DNA of 64,000 bases from a bacterium. GTDB lineage: Bacteria > Patescibacteriota > Minisyncoccia > Phycocordibacterales > UBA9973. The notes under the pieces are model-generated. The model was not told the DNA's origin. It saw nothing but the letters and a program-made list of their open reading frames with translations, and did no database searches. The position numbers were made by a program, and so were the translations under genes. Position 1 is the stretch's first letter; each line of letters starts with the position of its first letter. The stretch covers positions 144,892 through 208,891 of the forward strand of contig JBAWZD010000001.1 of the NCBI GenBank assembly GCA_037143195.1, in the 5' to 3' direction. Of this stretch, positions 10,185 to 20,643 are shown piece by piece.

Positions 10185-11735
10185 ATGGACTCATCAATCA
10201 AAAAACAAATTGTGCTTGTGGTGCTCGATGGATGGGGCGAGCGCGCGGAAGCGCGCGACAATGCTATCCGCGAAGCCAAGACTCCGTTTTTTGATTCGCT
10301 CATCGCCACGTATCCGCACACCACGCTTGATGCTTCTGAAGAAAACGTCGGTTTGCCATCGGGACAAATCGGCAACAGTGAAGTCGGACATATGACCATA
10401 GGTGCAGGACGCGTGATTGATACTGATCTCGTACGTATTACAAAAGCGATGAAGGCAGGAGAATTCGTCACGAATCCTGCACTCAAAACTGTCTACGACC
10501 ATGTCAAAACACATGGCTCGACACTGCACATCATGGGACTCGTATCGCCAGGCGGAATTCATAGTCACGAAGAACATTTGTATGGTTTGCTTCGTGCTTG
10601 CAAAGATGTCGGACTCACGAATGTCGCGATTCACGCATTCACCGATGGTCGCGACGTTGCTCCCCAAAGTGGTGCAGAATCTCTCAAGCGACTCGAAGTA
10701 TTGTGTACAGAGCTCGGTGTCGGGCGCATCGCGAGCGTGAGTGGTCGTATCTACGCCATGGATCGCGACAACAATTGGGACCGCATCGCAAAAGTACAAC
10801 ATGCGATCTGTGATGGGGTCGGATGCGCGACCTCGACGACGAGCGGTGTTGAACAAACCAAATCCGCTTCGAGTGTTGTCGAAGCAATGTATGGCGCGGG
10901 CACTTTTGATGAACACATTGAGCCTGTTGTATTTCTTGATACGAACGGCAAGGCGTCGACTATAGGAATGAATGATGGCGTGATCTTTTTTAATTTCCGT
11001 CCCGACCGCGCGCGCGAAATGAGTAAGGTCATTGCCGATATGCGCACTGCGATGAATCTTTCGTTCACGACGCTCACCGAATACGATGCCAAACTCGAGG
11101 CGAATGTTGCATTTCCTCAAACCAAAATCGAGACAACGCTTGCGAATGAAATCGCAAAAGCGGGAATGACGCAGGCGCATATTGCTGAGACTGAAAAATA
11201 TCCGCACGCGACGTATTTTCTAAACGGGGGACAGGAGACGCCACACGACGGTGAAGAATTCGTGCTCATCGCGAGTCGCAAGGACGTGCTCACGCACGAC
11301 CTTGCCCCTGAAATGCGCGCGAAGGAAATCGCCGACGCAGCGATTGCGCGTATCGATAGTGGGACAGACTTTATTTTTATAAACTTCGCGAATGCCGACA
11401 TGGTCGGACACACTGCAAACAAGCCTGCAATCATCACTGCTGTCGAGACAGTCGACCGTGAGCTCGGTCGGGTCATTGGCGCGCTCACCGCGCGCCACCC
11501 ACACGGCGGAGGCATAGCATTCATCACCGCCGACCACGGCAACGCCGAAATGAACATCGATCCGAAGACCGGAGAAAAACACACCGCTCACACCTTAAAC
11601 GTCGTGCCAGCAATCCTGACCGAAAAAGGTCACGAACTCCATCACGGCACGCTCGCCGACATCGCACCCACCGTCCTCACGCTCTACGGCTTGCCGGTGC
11701 CTCCTGCTATGACGGGAAAAATTTTAATAAAATAA
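10185..11735 (+). CDS. gpmI: 2,3-bisphosphoglycerate-independent phosphoglycerate mutase
   Basis: 'IVLVVLDGWGER', 'SEVGHMTIGAGR' and 'ITADHGNAE' are iPGM hallmarks. It is translationally coupled to eno. Confidence 0.95.
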   Translation: MDSSIKKQIVLVVLDGWGERAEARDNAIREAKTPFFDSLIATYPHTTLDASEENVGLPSGQIGNSEVGHMTIGAGRVIDTDLVRITKAMKAGEFVTNPALKTVYDHVKTHGSTLHIMGLVSPGGIHSHEEHLYGLLRACKDVGLTNVAIHAFTDGRDVAPQSGAESLKRLEVLCTELGVGRIASVSGRIYAMDRDNNWDRIAKVQHAICDGVGCATSTTSGVEQTKSASSVVEAMYGAGTFDEHIEPVVFLDTNGKASTIGMNDGVIFFNFRPDRAREMSKVIADMRTAMNLSFTTLTEYDAKLEANVAFPQTKIETTLANEIAKAGMTQAHIAETEKYPHATYFLNGGQETPHDGEEFVLIASRKDVLTHDLAPEMRAKEIADAAIARIDSGTDFIFINFANADMVGHTANKPAIITAVETVDRELGRVIGALTARHPHGGGIAFITADHGNAEMNIDPKTGEKHTAHTLNVVPAILTEKGHELHHGTLADIAPTVLTLYGLPVPPAMTGKILIK

Positions 11736-11741
11736 AAATAT

Positions 11742-12333
11742 ATGGATTATAAAATAATAATTAGTACGATCGCAGTTATACTTTCGTTTGTTGGATATGG
11801 TGCGTATGTGCGGGATATATTTAAGAGGAAAACTGTCCCTCACACTTTCACGTTTTTGATTTGGGGCATCGCGAGTTCCATAACGTGGGCACTTCAGGTG
11901 TATGGGGGGGGCAGGGGTTGGCTCGTGGGTAACCTTCGCCGTTTCAGTAATTTGTATTTTTATTTTCCTTCTATCGTTTAAGTATGGAGAAAAGAAAATT
12001 ACGATCTCTGATATTGCCTTTTTGTTACTTTCATTTGTTGCACTCTTCTTGTGGATAGTAGTAAAACAACCTGTTTGGTCAGTGGTTCTCGTTGTGTTAA
12101 CTGATGTGCTTGGATTTGTTCCAACGATCCGCAAGTCGTGGGATAAGCCATATGAAGAAACACTTTTTACTTGGGAGATGACAGCGTTTCGTCATGGCCT
12201 GAGTATTTTTGCTCTTCAGAAATTTAATATTCTGACTATGCTCTATCCGGTAACATGGGTCATTGTAAATGCTTTGTTTAGTATCTTCTTAATAATTCGA
12301 AGGAAACAAATTGGTCAAAAAAAAGGGTTTTGA
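11742..12333 (+). pseudogene. Internally duplicated (PQ-loop-like) multi-pass membrane protein. Its reading frame is broken at an 8-G homopolymer.
   Basis: ORFs 11742..11981 and 11902..12333 are in different frames and overlap at GGGGGGGG (11904-11911). Deleting one G gives a continuous protein of about 197 aa. The two halves share 'VRDIFKRKTVPHT' and 'IRKSWDKPYEE' repeat motifs. Confidence 0.5.
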
Positions 12334-12415
12334 CTTTCGGACACAAACTTGCTATTCTTGTCTGGATATACCCATGCAATCGAAAACCATCCACAACTTC
12401 GTTTTTGGTTTTAAA

Positions 12416-12451
12416 CCCCACTCTCATTCTGAGGGCTGGGGTTATTTTTTT
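12416..12451 (+). terminator. Probable intrinsic terminator after the membrane-protein gene
   Basis: An imperfect stem ccccactctc...gagggctgggg followed by ttattttttt. Confidence 0.45.
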
Positions 12452-12491
12452 GCCTCGACTTGCGACGGGTCCGATTCTTCGGGAAGTGCCC

Positions 12492-13724
12492 ATGCTTAGT
12501 ATTGAGGGAATGATGGTTTTGCCTGAGGGCGCACGACTTGCTCGGGTGGAGATTGATACGGAGCGGGGTGTTATTACCAAGGTAGCGGAGCCGGTAGGCT
12601 CCGCGGATATTGTGCTCGATAGCACGAAACTCGTATTCCCAGGATTCATCGACGTCCACGTGCACGCGCGCGAAGATGTGACGCATTCGCAGGATTACAA
12701 AGAGGACTATCTCACCGCAAGCGAAGCTGCGATAAACGGTGGTCTCGTCGCATTCGCCGATATGCCAAACTGCCCAACGCCACCAGTCGACGATGCTTCA
12801 TATGATGCGCGTCAGGCACTCACACAGAAATCTGCAGTTACAATTTTGCTCTACGCAGGTATTGGACCTGCGACGAGTCCGCTCACGCACACCGTCCCAT
12901 ACAAGGCATTCATGGGTCACTCGATGGGTGATCTCTTCTTCCGCTCGCGCGAAGAGCTCGAGGCAGCGCTTGCTCGCTACGAAGGTCAGTCTGTCAGCTT
13001 TCATTGTGAAGACCCAAAGATAATGGACGAACACAAAGGTGATGCGACACACGAAGCGCGTCGTCCTGAATCGGCAGAAATTTCCGCTGTCGATACCGCG
13101 CTCGCTCTCATCGAGAAATACCATCTCAAAGGCAAGATTTGTCACGCCTCAACAATAGAAGCGATTCGAAAGATCGCACAGGCAAAAGCACGCGGACTCG
13201 CAGTGACGGTGGAAGTTACGCCACACCATTTGTATTTCGATGAGACACAATTCCGAGATCATGTACCAACACAATTCCAAGTAAATCCACCGATTCGCCA
13301 AACCAAAGAAAATCGCCTCGCGCTCATCGAAGCACTCAGAAGTGGAGACATCGACTATCTCGCGACCGACCATGCACCACATTCAATCGAAGAAAAGAAA
13401 AACGGCATGTCAGGTCTCACGCATCTCGATACCTACGGAGCATTCACGACATGGCTCATGCACGAACATGCATTCCGACCAGAAGATATCGCACGCGTGT
13501 GCGCGAATGGTCCAGGGCAATTCATGAACGCATTTCAGAGAGACAAGTACGGGTTCATCAAAGAAGAGTATACAGGTTCACTTACCATACTCGCACCGAA
13601 CATGCCGACAGAAATCCGCGCAGAGAATCTGAAAACGAAGTGCAAGTGGTCACCATTTGAAGGAGTCACATTCCAAGGCAAAGTCGTTACAACAATAGTA
13701 AAAGGAAAAATATATGAATGCTAA
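12492..13724 (+). CDS. pyrC: Dihydroorotase-like cyclic amidohydrolase
   Basis: 'PGFIDVHVHAREDV' and 'DHAPH' are metal-binding motifs of the amidohydrolase superfamily. The gene sits directly upstream of carA, carB and pyrB. The start is taken at ATG 12492, where GGAAG lies upstream; the 12330 start of the ORF track runs into the terminator. Confidence 0.8.
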   Translation: MLSIEGMMVLPEGARLARVEIDTERGVITKVAEPVGSADIVLDSTKLVFPGFIDVHVHAREDVTHSQDYKEDYLTASEAAINGGLVAFADMPNCPTPPVDDASYDARQALTQKSAVTILLYAGIGPATSPLTHTVPYKAFMGHSMGDLFFRSREELEAALARYEGQSVSFHCEDPKIMDEHKGDATHEARRPESAEISAVDTALALIEKYHLKGKICHASTIEAIRKIAQAKARGLAVTVEVTPHHLYFDETQFRDHVPTQFQVNPPIRQTKENRLALIEALRSGDIDYLATDHAPHSIEEKKNGMSGLTHLDTYGAFTTWLMHEHAFRPEDIARVCANGPGQFMNAFQRDKYGFIKEEYTGSLTILAPNMPTEIRAENLKTKCKWSPFEGVTFQGKVVTTIVKGKIYEC

Positions 13725-14763
13725 ATTAATTTTTAAAGATAAATCTGAATACGAAGGTAAAAGTTTTGGAGCAGACACCGCTGTCTCAGGCGAAGTGGTA
13801 TTCGCGACTGGTATGGTCGGATATCCTGAGGCACTGACTGATCCATCGTTTCGTGGACAGATTCTCGTCATGACGTATCCGCTCGTGGGCAATTACGGTG
13901 TGCCACGTGAAGACCTCTGGGAATCAAAAGAAATTCAGGTTGCAGGACTCATTGTCTCCTCATATATAGACACACCTTCGCACTCGACTTCAGAAATGAC
14001 GCTCGGAGAATGGTTTCGCAAACAGAACGTGCCACTCTTTGAAATCAAAGACACCCGCGCGCTCGCAGAAAAATTGCGTGATGGCGGAGCGATGCTCGGC
14101 AAAATGATTGTCGGCAAAAAGGATATTCCATTCGTTGATCCAAATGTGCGCAATCTTTCGGCGGAAGTTTCGACCAAAGAAATGCTCACGTTTGGTGAGG
14201 GTGAAAAAACTGTTGTCGTTATCGACTGTGGTACGAAGATGAATATCGCGCGACGCTTCGCGTCGCGCGGAGTCAAAGTCGTCGTCGTCCCATGGGACAC
14301 CGACGTGACAAAGCTCGACTTCAAAGTCGATGGTGTACTCATCTCAAACGGCCCTGGCGATCCAAAAAAAGTCACGGCAACAATCGCAAACGTCAAAAAG
14401 ATTCTCGCAAAGAAAATTCCAATTCTTGGCATTTGTCTTGGAAACCAAATCCTCGCGCTTGCAGCTGGAGGCAATACCTACAAATTGAAATTTGGTCACC
14501 GCAGTCAAAATCAACCAGCAGTGCTCTCGGGTACAAATCAGGCATATCTCACGACACAAAACCATGGATTTGCTGTAGGCAAAATTCCTGCAGGTTTCCG
14601 TGAATGGTTTGTGAACGGGAACGACGGCACAAACGAAGGAATCATTCACAAGTCACTTCCAATCATGTCAGTCCAATTCCATCCAGAAAGTTCACCGGGG
14701 CCACTTGATACGGATTGGATCTTCGACTACTTCTTAGAAAAAGCTAACCTCCTCAAGAAGTAA
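13714..14763 (+). CDS. carA: Carbamoyl-phosphate synthase small (glutamine amidotransferase) subunit
   Basis: 'GICLGNQILALAAGG' is the GATase catalytic Cys motif and the N-terminal CPSase small-chain domain is present. It overlaps the pyrC stop. Confidence 0.95.
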   Translation: MNAKLIFKDKSEYEGKSFGADTAVSGEVVFATGMVGYPEALTDPSFRGQILVMTYPLVGNYGVPREDLWESKEIQVAGLIVSSYIDTPSHSTSEMTLGEWFRKQNVPLFEIKDTRALAEKLRDGGAMLGKMIVGKKDIPFVDPNVRNLSAEVSTKEMLTFGEGEKTVVVIDCGTKMNIARRFASRGVKVVVVPWDTDVTKLDFKVDGVLISNGPGDPKKVTATIANVKKILAKKIPILGICLGNQILALAAGGNTYKLKFGHRSQNQPAVLSGTNQAYLTTQNHGFAVGKIPAGFREWFVNGNDGTNEGIIHKSLPIMSVQFHPESSPGPLDTDWIFDYFLEKANLLKK

Positions 14764-14766
14764 TCT

Positions 14767-17700
14767 ATGGCAACAGCAACAACGACAATGAAAAAAGACT
14801 CACAAAAAAACCACACAGCAAAATTCAAAAAGGTCTTGGTCCTCGGATCGGGAGCTTTGAAGATTGGTGAGGCAGGTGAATTCGATTACTCAGGTTCACA
14901 GGCTATCAAGGCACTCAAAGAAGAAGGTATCAAATGTGTGCTCATCAATCCGAACATTGCGACATTCCAAACATCAAAAGAACTCGCTGACGAAGTATAT
15001 TTCTTGCCAGTGAATCCGTACTTTGTTGAGAAGGTGATTGCAAAAGAAAAGCCTGACGGCATCATGCTTTCATTCGGAGGACAGACGGCACTCAACTGCG
15101 GACTCGCGCTCGAAGAAAAAGGAATTTTGAAAAAGCACAACGTCGCCGTACTCGGTACTCCAGTCGCATCAATCGACCTGACTGAAGATCGCCAGCTCTT
15201 TGCCGATCATCTTCGCGCACTTGGTATTCCAACAGCTCCAAGTGGTGCTGCGACGAATTTTGAGGACGCACTTCGCATTGGTCATCAAATCGGATTTCCG
15301 CTCATGGTACGCGCAGCGTTCGCGCTTGGCGGACAAAAGTCTGGAATCGCGCATGATGATGCCGAGCTCAAAGAAATCGTCGAAGGTGCTCTCGCGATTG
15401 CACCACAAGTGCTCGTCGAAAAATATTTGCATCACTTCAAGGAAATTGAATATGAAGTTGTGCGCGACCGATTCAACAACGTCGTGACTGTCTGTAATAT
15501 GGAAAACTTTGACCCACTCGGTATTCACACGGGTGATTCAATCGTCATCGCGCCATCACAGACGCTCAACAACTTTGAATATCACGGATTGCGTGAAGCA
15601 TCGATTCGCATCGTGAAGAGTCTTGGAATCGTTGGAGAATGTAACGTGCAGTACGCGCTCAATCCAAATCCAAAAGAAGGGGAACTTGATTACTTTGTGA
15701 TTGAGGTCAACGCGCGTCTTTCACGCTCAAGTGCGCTCGCATCAAAGGCGACAGGATATCCGCTCGCATACGTCGCAGCAAAACTCGCGCTCGGCAAGAG
15801 TTTGCTCGAAATCAAAAACAAAATCACACAGGTCACGCAGAGTTTCTTCGAACCTGCGCTCGACTACGTCGTCGTGAAATTCCCACGATGGGACCTCGAC
15901 AAATTCGTCGGTGCTGACGTCAAAATTGGTAGTGCGATGAAATCAGTCGGAGAAGTCATGGCAATCGGAAGAAATTTTGAAGAGGCCATGCAGAAGGCGG
16001 TGCGCATGCAGTCAGGTGCGACAGAAAGTGTGACCGACAATGGATTCGTCGACAAGAGTGAGGTGCGACGATTTCTCGAAACACCAACTCCAAAACGTTT
16101 GTTTGCAATTACCGAGAGTATGAAAGACGGCATGAGTGTTGATGCGATTCATGATATCACGGGTGTTGATCGATGGTTCTTGTATCGCCTTGAGGCTATC
16201 GTCCGCGCCGAACTCGCGCTTGGCACGACACAAAAACTCGACAAAGAAACAATGCTTTCGCTCAAGCGTCTTGGATTTTCCGACAAAAAAATTGGACAGG
16301 TCATCGGAAAAACTGAGTTTGATGTTCGTAAGACTCGTAAGCAATTTAAAATTCTTCCATCGATATTCCAGATTGATACGCTTGCGGGAGAAGTGCCTGC
16401 GAAGACAAATTATCTGTATCTCACGTATCACGGCAATCACAACGACGTGAAGCCGCTCGGCAAAAATGCGATCATGGTGCTCGGTTCAGGCCCGTATCAC
16501 ATCGGAAGTTCCGTTGAGTTCGATTGGTCATGTGTCAACGCTGCGCTCGCACTCAAGAAACACAAAAAAGAATCAATTGTCATCAACTGTAATCCAGAAA
16601 CAGTTTCAACGGATTACGATATGAGTGATCGTCTCTATTTCGAAAATCTTTCATTTGAAACAGTTGCAGACATTTATGAATTTGAAAATTCTGGAGGTCT
16701 CGTGATTTCCGTCGGAGGTCAGCGACCAAACAATCTTGCGCGCAAGCTCTCGAAAGAAAAATTCCATATTCTTGGAACAACGGCACAGAATATTGATCGA
16801 GCCGAGGATCGCAATGCATTTAGCGCGTTGCTCGACAAGCTCAATATCTTGCAACCAAAATGGCAGAGCTTTAGTACTCTCGAGGAAGCAGAAAAATTCG
16901 CCGAGCTTGAAGGCTATCCAGTCCTCGTACGACCTTCATACGTGCTCTCCGGAGCTGCGATGAGTGTCTGCTACACAAAGGCACAACTGCACAATTTCAT
17001 TGGCAAGGCAGCGATCCTTGGACCAGAACACCCAGTGACAATCTCGAAATTCGTCGAGAATGCGAAAGAGCTCGAATTCGATGCTGTGGCACAAAATGGT
17101 GAAGTCATGGTCTACGGCATTAGTGAGCACGTTGAGAATGCGGGAGTGCACTCAGGTGATGCAACAATCGTTTTCCCAACTCAGCGTGTGTATGCCTCGA
17201 CTGAATCGCAAATCCGTGAAATCTCAAAAAAGATTGCAAAAGAACTTTCGATTACAGGGCCATTCAATATTCAGTTCCTCGTCAAAGACAACAAGCCGTC
17301 GGTGATTGAAGTGAACCTTCGCGCAAGTCGCACATTCCCAATGCTGTCAAAAGCAATGGATGTGAACTTCCCAGAAATGGCAGTTGATAGTTTCTTTGGT
17401 AAGGCAAAACAACACACGTTTGTATATCCAAAGAGTGTTATTGTGAAGAGTCCACAATTCTCGTTCTCACGATTGCTCGGTGCTGACCCAATCTTGCGCG
17501 TTGAAATGTCTTCGACTGGTGAGGTGGCCTGTTTTGGAAAAGATTACGATGAGGCATTGCTCAAATCGATCATGAGTGCGCACACGTTTGATTTCCGAAA
17601 GCGAAGCGTCTTGCTTTCGCTTGGTGGTCTCGTCAACAAAGCAAAATTCTTGGAGTCAGCAAAATTGCTCAAGGCACTCGGATACAAACTCTACGCGACA

Positions 17701-18027
17701 GAGAACACATCAGAATTCTTGAATGAGCAAGGTGTTGAGACGACCTTGGTACGCAAAGCGTACGAGGATTCACCAAATTTCCTTGATTTGATGCATTCGC
17801 GAGAAGTCGCCTTTGTCGTAAACCTAAGTCAGACGGCAAGTATGAAAAAAGAAGAGGCGAAACAGCTTACCGATGGATTCCAGATTCGCCGCGCAGCTGT
17901 CGACAATCAGGTGCCACTCTTTACGGACCTTCATCTTGGACGAGCGTTCATCAAAGCCCTTTCGAATTATCAAATTGATGACCTTGAGATCAAGTCGTAC
18001 AAGGAATATCTCGGTATTACTCAATAA
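14767..18027 (+). CDS. carB: Carbamoyl-phosphate synthase large subunit
   Basis: Duplicated ATP-grasp halves, an oligomerisation domain and an MGS-like C-terminus across 1086 aa. Confidence 0.95.
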   Translation: MATATTTMKKDSQKNHTAKFKKVLVLGSGALKIGEAGEFDYSGSQAIKALKEEGIKCVLINPNIATFQTSKELADEVYFLPVNPYFVEKVIAKEKPDGIMLSFGGQTALNCGLALEEKGILKKHNVAVLGTPVASIDLTEDRQLFADHLRALGIPTAPSGAATNFEDALRIGHQIGFPLMVRAAFALGGQKSGIAHDDAELKEIVEGALAIAPQVLVEKYLHHFKEIEYEVVRDRFNNVVTVCNMENFDPLGIHTGDSIVIAPSQTLNNFEYHGLREASIRIVKSLGIVGECNVQYALNPNPKEGELDYFVIEVNARLSRSSALASKATGYPLAYVAAKLALGKSLLEIKNKITQVTQSFFEPALDYVVVKFPRWDLDKFVGADVKIGSAMKSVGEVMAIGRNFEEAMQKAVRMQSGATESVTDNGFVDKSEVRRFLETPTPKRLFAITESMKDGMSVDAIHDITGVDRWFLYRLEAIVRAELALGTTQKLDKETMLSLKRLGFSDKKIGQVIGKTEFDVRKTRKQFKILPSIFQIDTLAGEVPAKTNYLYLTYHGNHNDVKPLGKNAIMVLGSGPYHIGSSVEFDWSCVNAALALKKHKKESIVINCNPETVSTDYDMSDRLYFENLSFETVADIYEFENSGGLVISVGGQRPNNLARKLSKEKFHILGTTAQNIDRAEDRNAFSALLDKLNILQPKWQSFSTLEEAEKFAELEGYPVLVRPSYVLSGAAMSVCYTKAQLHNFIGKAAILGPEHPVTISKFVENAKELEFDAVAQNGEVMVYGISEHVENAGVHSGDATIVFPTQRVYASTESQIREISKKIAKELSITGPFNIQFLVKDNKPSVIEVNLRASRTFPMLSKAMDVNFPEMAVDSFFGKAKQHTFVYPKSVIVKSPQFSFSRLLGADPILRVEMSSTGEVACFGKDYDEALLKSIMSAHTFDFRKRSVLLSLGGLVNKAKFLESAKLLKALGYKLYATENTSEFLNEQGVETTLVRKAYEDSPNFLDLMHSREVAFVVNLSQTASMKKEEAKQLTDGFQIRRAAVDNQVPLFTDLHLGRAFIKALSNYQIDDLEIKSYKEYLGITQ

Positions 18028-18036
18028 TAGAAATCT

Positions 18037-18954
18037 ATGTCACACGTACTCACTACGAAGCAATTTACAAAAGTCGACGCAGAACGTATCCTCGCGCGTG
18101 CGAAGGATATGGAATTGCAGTGTTCAACAGGGACGGTCGACAAATTGTTGAAAGACAAAATCGTTGCATGTATTTTCTTTGAGCCATCGACACGTACTCG
18201 ACTTTCGTTTGAAACGGCGGCGCTTCGTCTTGGAGCACAGGTCATTTCAGCAGAAGACGCAGCAGGCAATTCTTCGGCATACAAAGGGGAGACGATTGAG
18301 GATACCGCTCGAATTCTTTCGTGTTATGCGGATGTTATTGTGATGCGTCACTATCTTCCGGGGGCGGCCGAGGCTCTCGCCTCGGCCGCCTCAAAGCCCG
18401 TCGTCAACGCTGGCGATGGAGCCCATGAGCACCCATCACAAGGACTTCTTGATCTCTATACAATCCAAAAGGAACACGGACGTCTTGAGAATCTCACCGT
18501 CGCTTTTGTCGGAGATTTGAAAAACAGTCGAACATTGCACTCGCTCCTTCCGCTCATGACGCAGTATTCTGGAAATACATTCTATTTTGTCTCTCCAAAA
18601 GAATTGCGCGTAGCACCGGAGCAGCTCGCCGAACTCACTGCAAAGGGTGTACAATTTGTCGAATCTGAAAGTCTCGATGAAGTATTGCCAAAAGCTGATG
18701 TGCTCTATATGACACGTGTTCAAAAAGAACGTTTTGAAAACGAAGCAGACTACGACAAAGTCAAAGATGCGTTCTTGCTGACAAAAGCAGACCTCGACCA
18801 CATGAAGCCAGATGCAATCATCATGCACCCACTCCCACGCATCAACGAAGTTGATCATGCGATCGATACGGACAAGCGTGCCGCATACTTCCGTCAGGCT
18901 CAGAACGGCCTCTATGTTCGTATGGCACTCTTGCTCTACGTGTTTGGATTATAA
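18037..18954 (+). CDS. pyrB: Aspartate carbamoyltransferase catalytic subunit
   Basis: 'FFEPSTRTRLSFE' and 'HPLP' are motifs of the ATCase/OTCase family. Context and length fit PyrB. Confidence 0.9.
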   Translation: MSHVLTTKQFTKVDAERILARAKDMELQCSTGTVDKLLKDKIVACIFFEPSTRTRLSFETAALRLGAQVISAEDAAGNSSAYKGETIEDTARILSCYADVIVMRHYLPGAAEALASAASKPVVNAGDGAHEHPSQGLLDLYTIQKEHGRLENLTVAFVGDLKNSRTLHSLLPLMTQYSGNTFYFVSPKELRVAPEQLAELTAKGVQFVESESLDEVLPKADVLYMTRVQKERFENEADYDKVKDAFLLTKADLDHMKPDAIIMHPLPRINEVDHAIDTDKRAAYFRQAQNGLYVRMALLLYVFGL

Positions 18955-18980
18955 TTTTAAATTAGGAGTATACTGACTGT

Positions 18981-19709
18981 ATGGAAAATTCAAGTACAAA
19001 AGCTATTTCGTTTGGAGCTACTATTTTAAGCATTGGGCTTATCGTTTGTACGCTCATCGGAGGATATTTCTTCTACCAAGCGCGTGCGCTCGACAATGTG
19101 CTCTCGGTCACAGGTTCTGCCAAAATGGATGTGACGAGTGACCAAGTCAAATGGGTCACGGTAATCACTCGACCAGCCACTGCCTCGACACTCAAGGCGG
19201 GCTACGCACAAATGAACGCAGACGCGACACTCGTGAAGCAATTCTACACCGACAACAGAATTGATCCGCAAACACTCACAATCTCGCCAGTTCAGATGAA
19301 TGAAGTATACGAACAGTACGCAAGTGCAGACAAGAAATATACACTCACTCAAACATTTGAACTTGATTCGACTGACATCGACGGCGTAACTGCGCTTTCA
19401 AAAAATACTGAATCACTCATTCAGAAAGGTGTTGTTGCTTCGACACAGACATTCGAATATTCATACTCGAAGCTTCCTGACCTTCGCGTGAGCTTGCTTG
19501 CAGATGCAGTCAAAGACGCTCGCGCACGTGCAAACGAGATAGTCTCTGGTACAGGCCAAGCAGTCGGTAAATTAAAATCTGCATCAAGTGGTGTAGTACA
19601 GGTTTTGTCTCCAAACTCAACAGATGTATCAGATTACGGATCTTACGATACTGGAAGTATCAAGAAGAGCATAATGGTGACAGTGAAAGCAACGTTCTCA
19701 CTCAAGTAA
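18981..19709 (+). CDS. SIMPL-domain (DUF541 / YggE-like) periplasmic protein
   Basis: Signal-anchor followed by a typical SIMPL domain ending in '...VTVKATFSLK'. Confidence 0.75.
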   Translation: MENSSTKAISFGATILSIGLIVCTLIGGYFFYQARALDNVLSVTGSAKMDVTSDQVKWVTVITRPATASTLKAGYAQMNADATLVKQFYTDNRIDPQTLTISPVQMNEVYEQYASADKKYTLTQTFELDSTDIDGVTALSKNTESLIQKGVVASTQTFEYSYSKLPDLRVSLLADAVKDARARANEIVSGTGQAVGKLKSASSGVVQVLSPNSTDVSDYGSYDTGSIKKSIMVTVKATFSLK

Positions 19710-19715
19710 GGAAAG

Positions 19716-19838
19716 GCGCAAAAGAGCGTACACACACTTGCAAAAGCATCTTCGGAGCGCGACGGCGCGAGAATAAGGCGAAAATCCTTCAGGATTTTAC
19801 GCCGGTGCTTTTGTAAGTGTGTGTGCGCTCTTTTGCGC
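19716..19838 (+). repeat. 123-nt hairpin element. A 33-bp near-perfect inverted repeat flanks a structured 57-nt core.
   Basis: Arms are 19716-19748 and 19806-19838. The only two mismatches become G-U wobble pairs when read as + strand RNA. The core contains aaaatcc-ttca-ggatttt and cgcg...cgcg helices. Confidence 0.6.
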
Positions 19839-19862
19839 TACTCCTTGCATTTGTATCAGTGT

Positions 19863-20603
19863 TTATTTTGCGCCCTTCCACCTGTCGAGGATGATTGCTC
19901 CTGCTATTGCTGCATTGAGAGACTCAGCTTCGCCAAACCGTGGAATGGTGATTTTTTCAGTGGTGACTTTTTCAACTTGAGCACTGATGCCATGTGACTC
20001 ACTACCGATCACAAGGATTCCGTTTTTTGGAAACGCATAGGTGTGCACAGACGTGCCGCCGAGAAAAGCGCCGAGGACGGGGACTGTTTGCTTTTTGATA
20101 TAGCTCGGCAGGTCGGTATAGTGACCGCGGACACGCGTGAATGAGCCCATTGATGATGCGATGACTTTTGGATTGTACCAATCAACACAGGTGGAAGAAC
20201 ACATGATGTCGGTGATGCCATACCAATCAGCGATACGGATGAGTGTGCCGAGATTGCCAGGGTCGCGGATGTCGTCGAGTGCAAGTACGATGCCTTCAAT
20301 CTTGGTTGGAAGGACTGCTACTTTTTGATGCGCGATCGCGAGTGCTCCGTCGTTGTGTTCGAGGGTGCCGAATGCCTTGAGCTCTGCACTATCAACGGCC
20401 TGTGCTTTGATGTTTTTCTTATCGAGGAGCTTTTGATTGTTTGAGATGAAATCCTTTGTCGCGTACACTGCCTCGACAGGGTAATCGCTTGCGAGGAGTT
20501 CGGTCACGCTTTTGGTACCTTCAACGAGGAACTTTTTGGTCTCTTGGCGATACTTCTTTTCTCGGAGGGATTTGATGAGTTTTACGGCGTTTGGGCTTGT
20601 CAT
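19863..20603 (-). CDS. TrmH/SpoU-family RNA 2'-O-methyltransferase (RlmB-like)
   Basis: N-terminal substrate-binding region 'LIKSLREKKYRQETKKFLVEG' and a C-terminal SPOUT domain 'GNLGTLIRIADWYG ... SLNAAIAGAIIL'. The start is taken at 20603 because the 20642 start would overlap the neighbouring terminator hairpin. Confidence 0.8.
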   Translation of the reverse strand: MTSPNAVKLIKSLREKKYRQETKKFLVEGTKSVTELLASDYPVEAVYATKDFISNNQKLLDKKNIKAQAVDSAELKAFGTLEHNDGALAIAHQKVAVLPTKIEGIVLALDDIRDPGNLGTLIRIADWYGITDIMCSSTCVDWYNPKVIASSMGSFTRVRGHYTDLPSYIKKQTVPVLGAFLGGTSVHTYAFPKNGILVIGSESHGISAQVEKVTTEKITIPRFGEAESLNAAIAGAIILDRWKGAK

Positions 20604-20643
20604 TGGTTGAGTATAGAGCAAAACGGGGAATTCGGAAAGCACG

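Noticed and set aside
10194-11207. 337-aa minus-strand ORF antisense to gpmI. Similar antisense ORFs lie over eno, lysS, rpiB/rpe, tkt, the FAD oxidase and atpB.
   Set aside because: Each overlaps a confidently identified housekeeping CDS on the opposite strand and has shadow-ORF composition.
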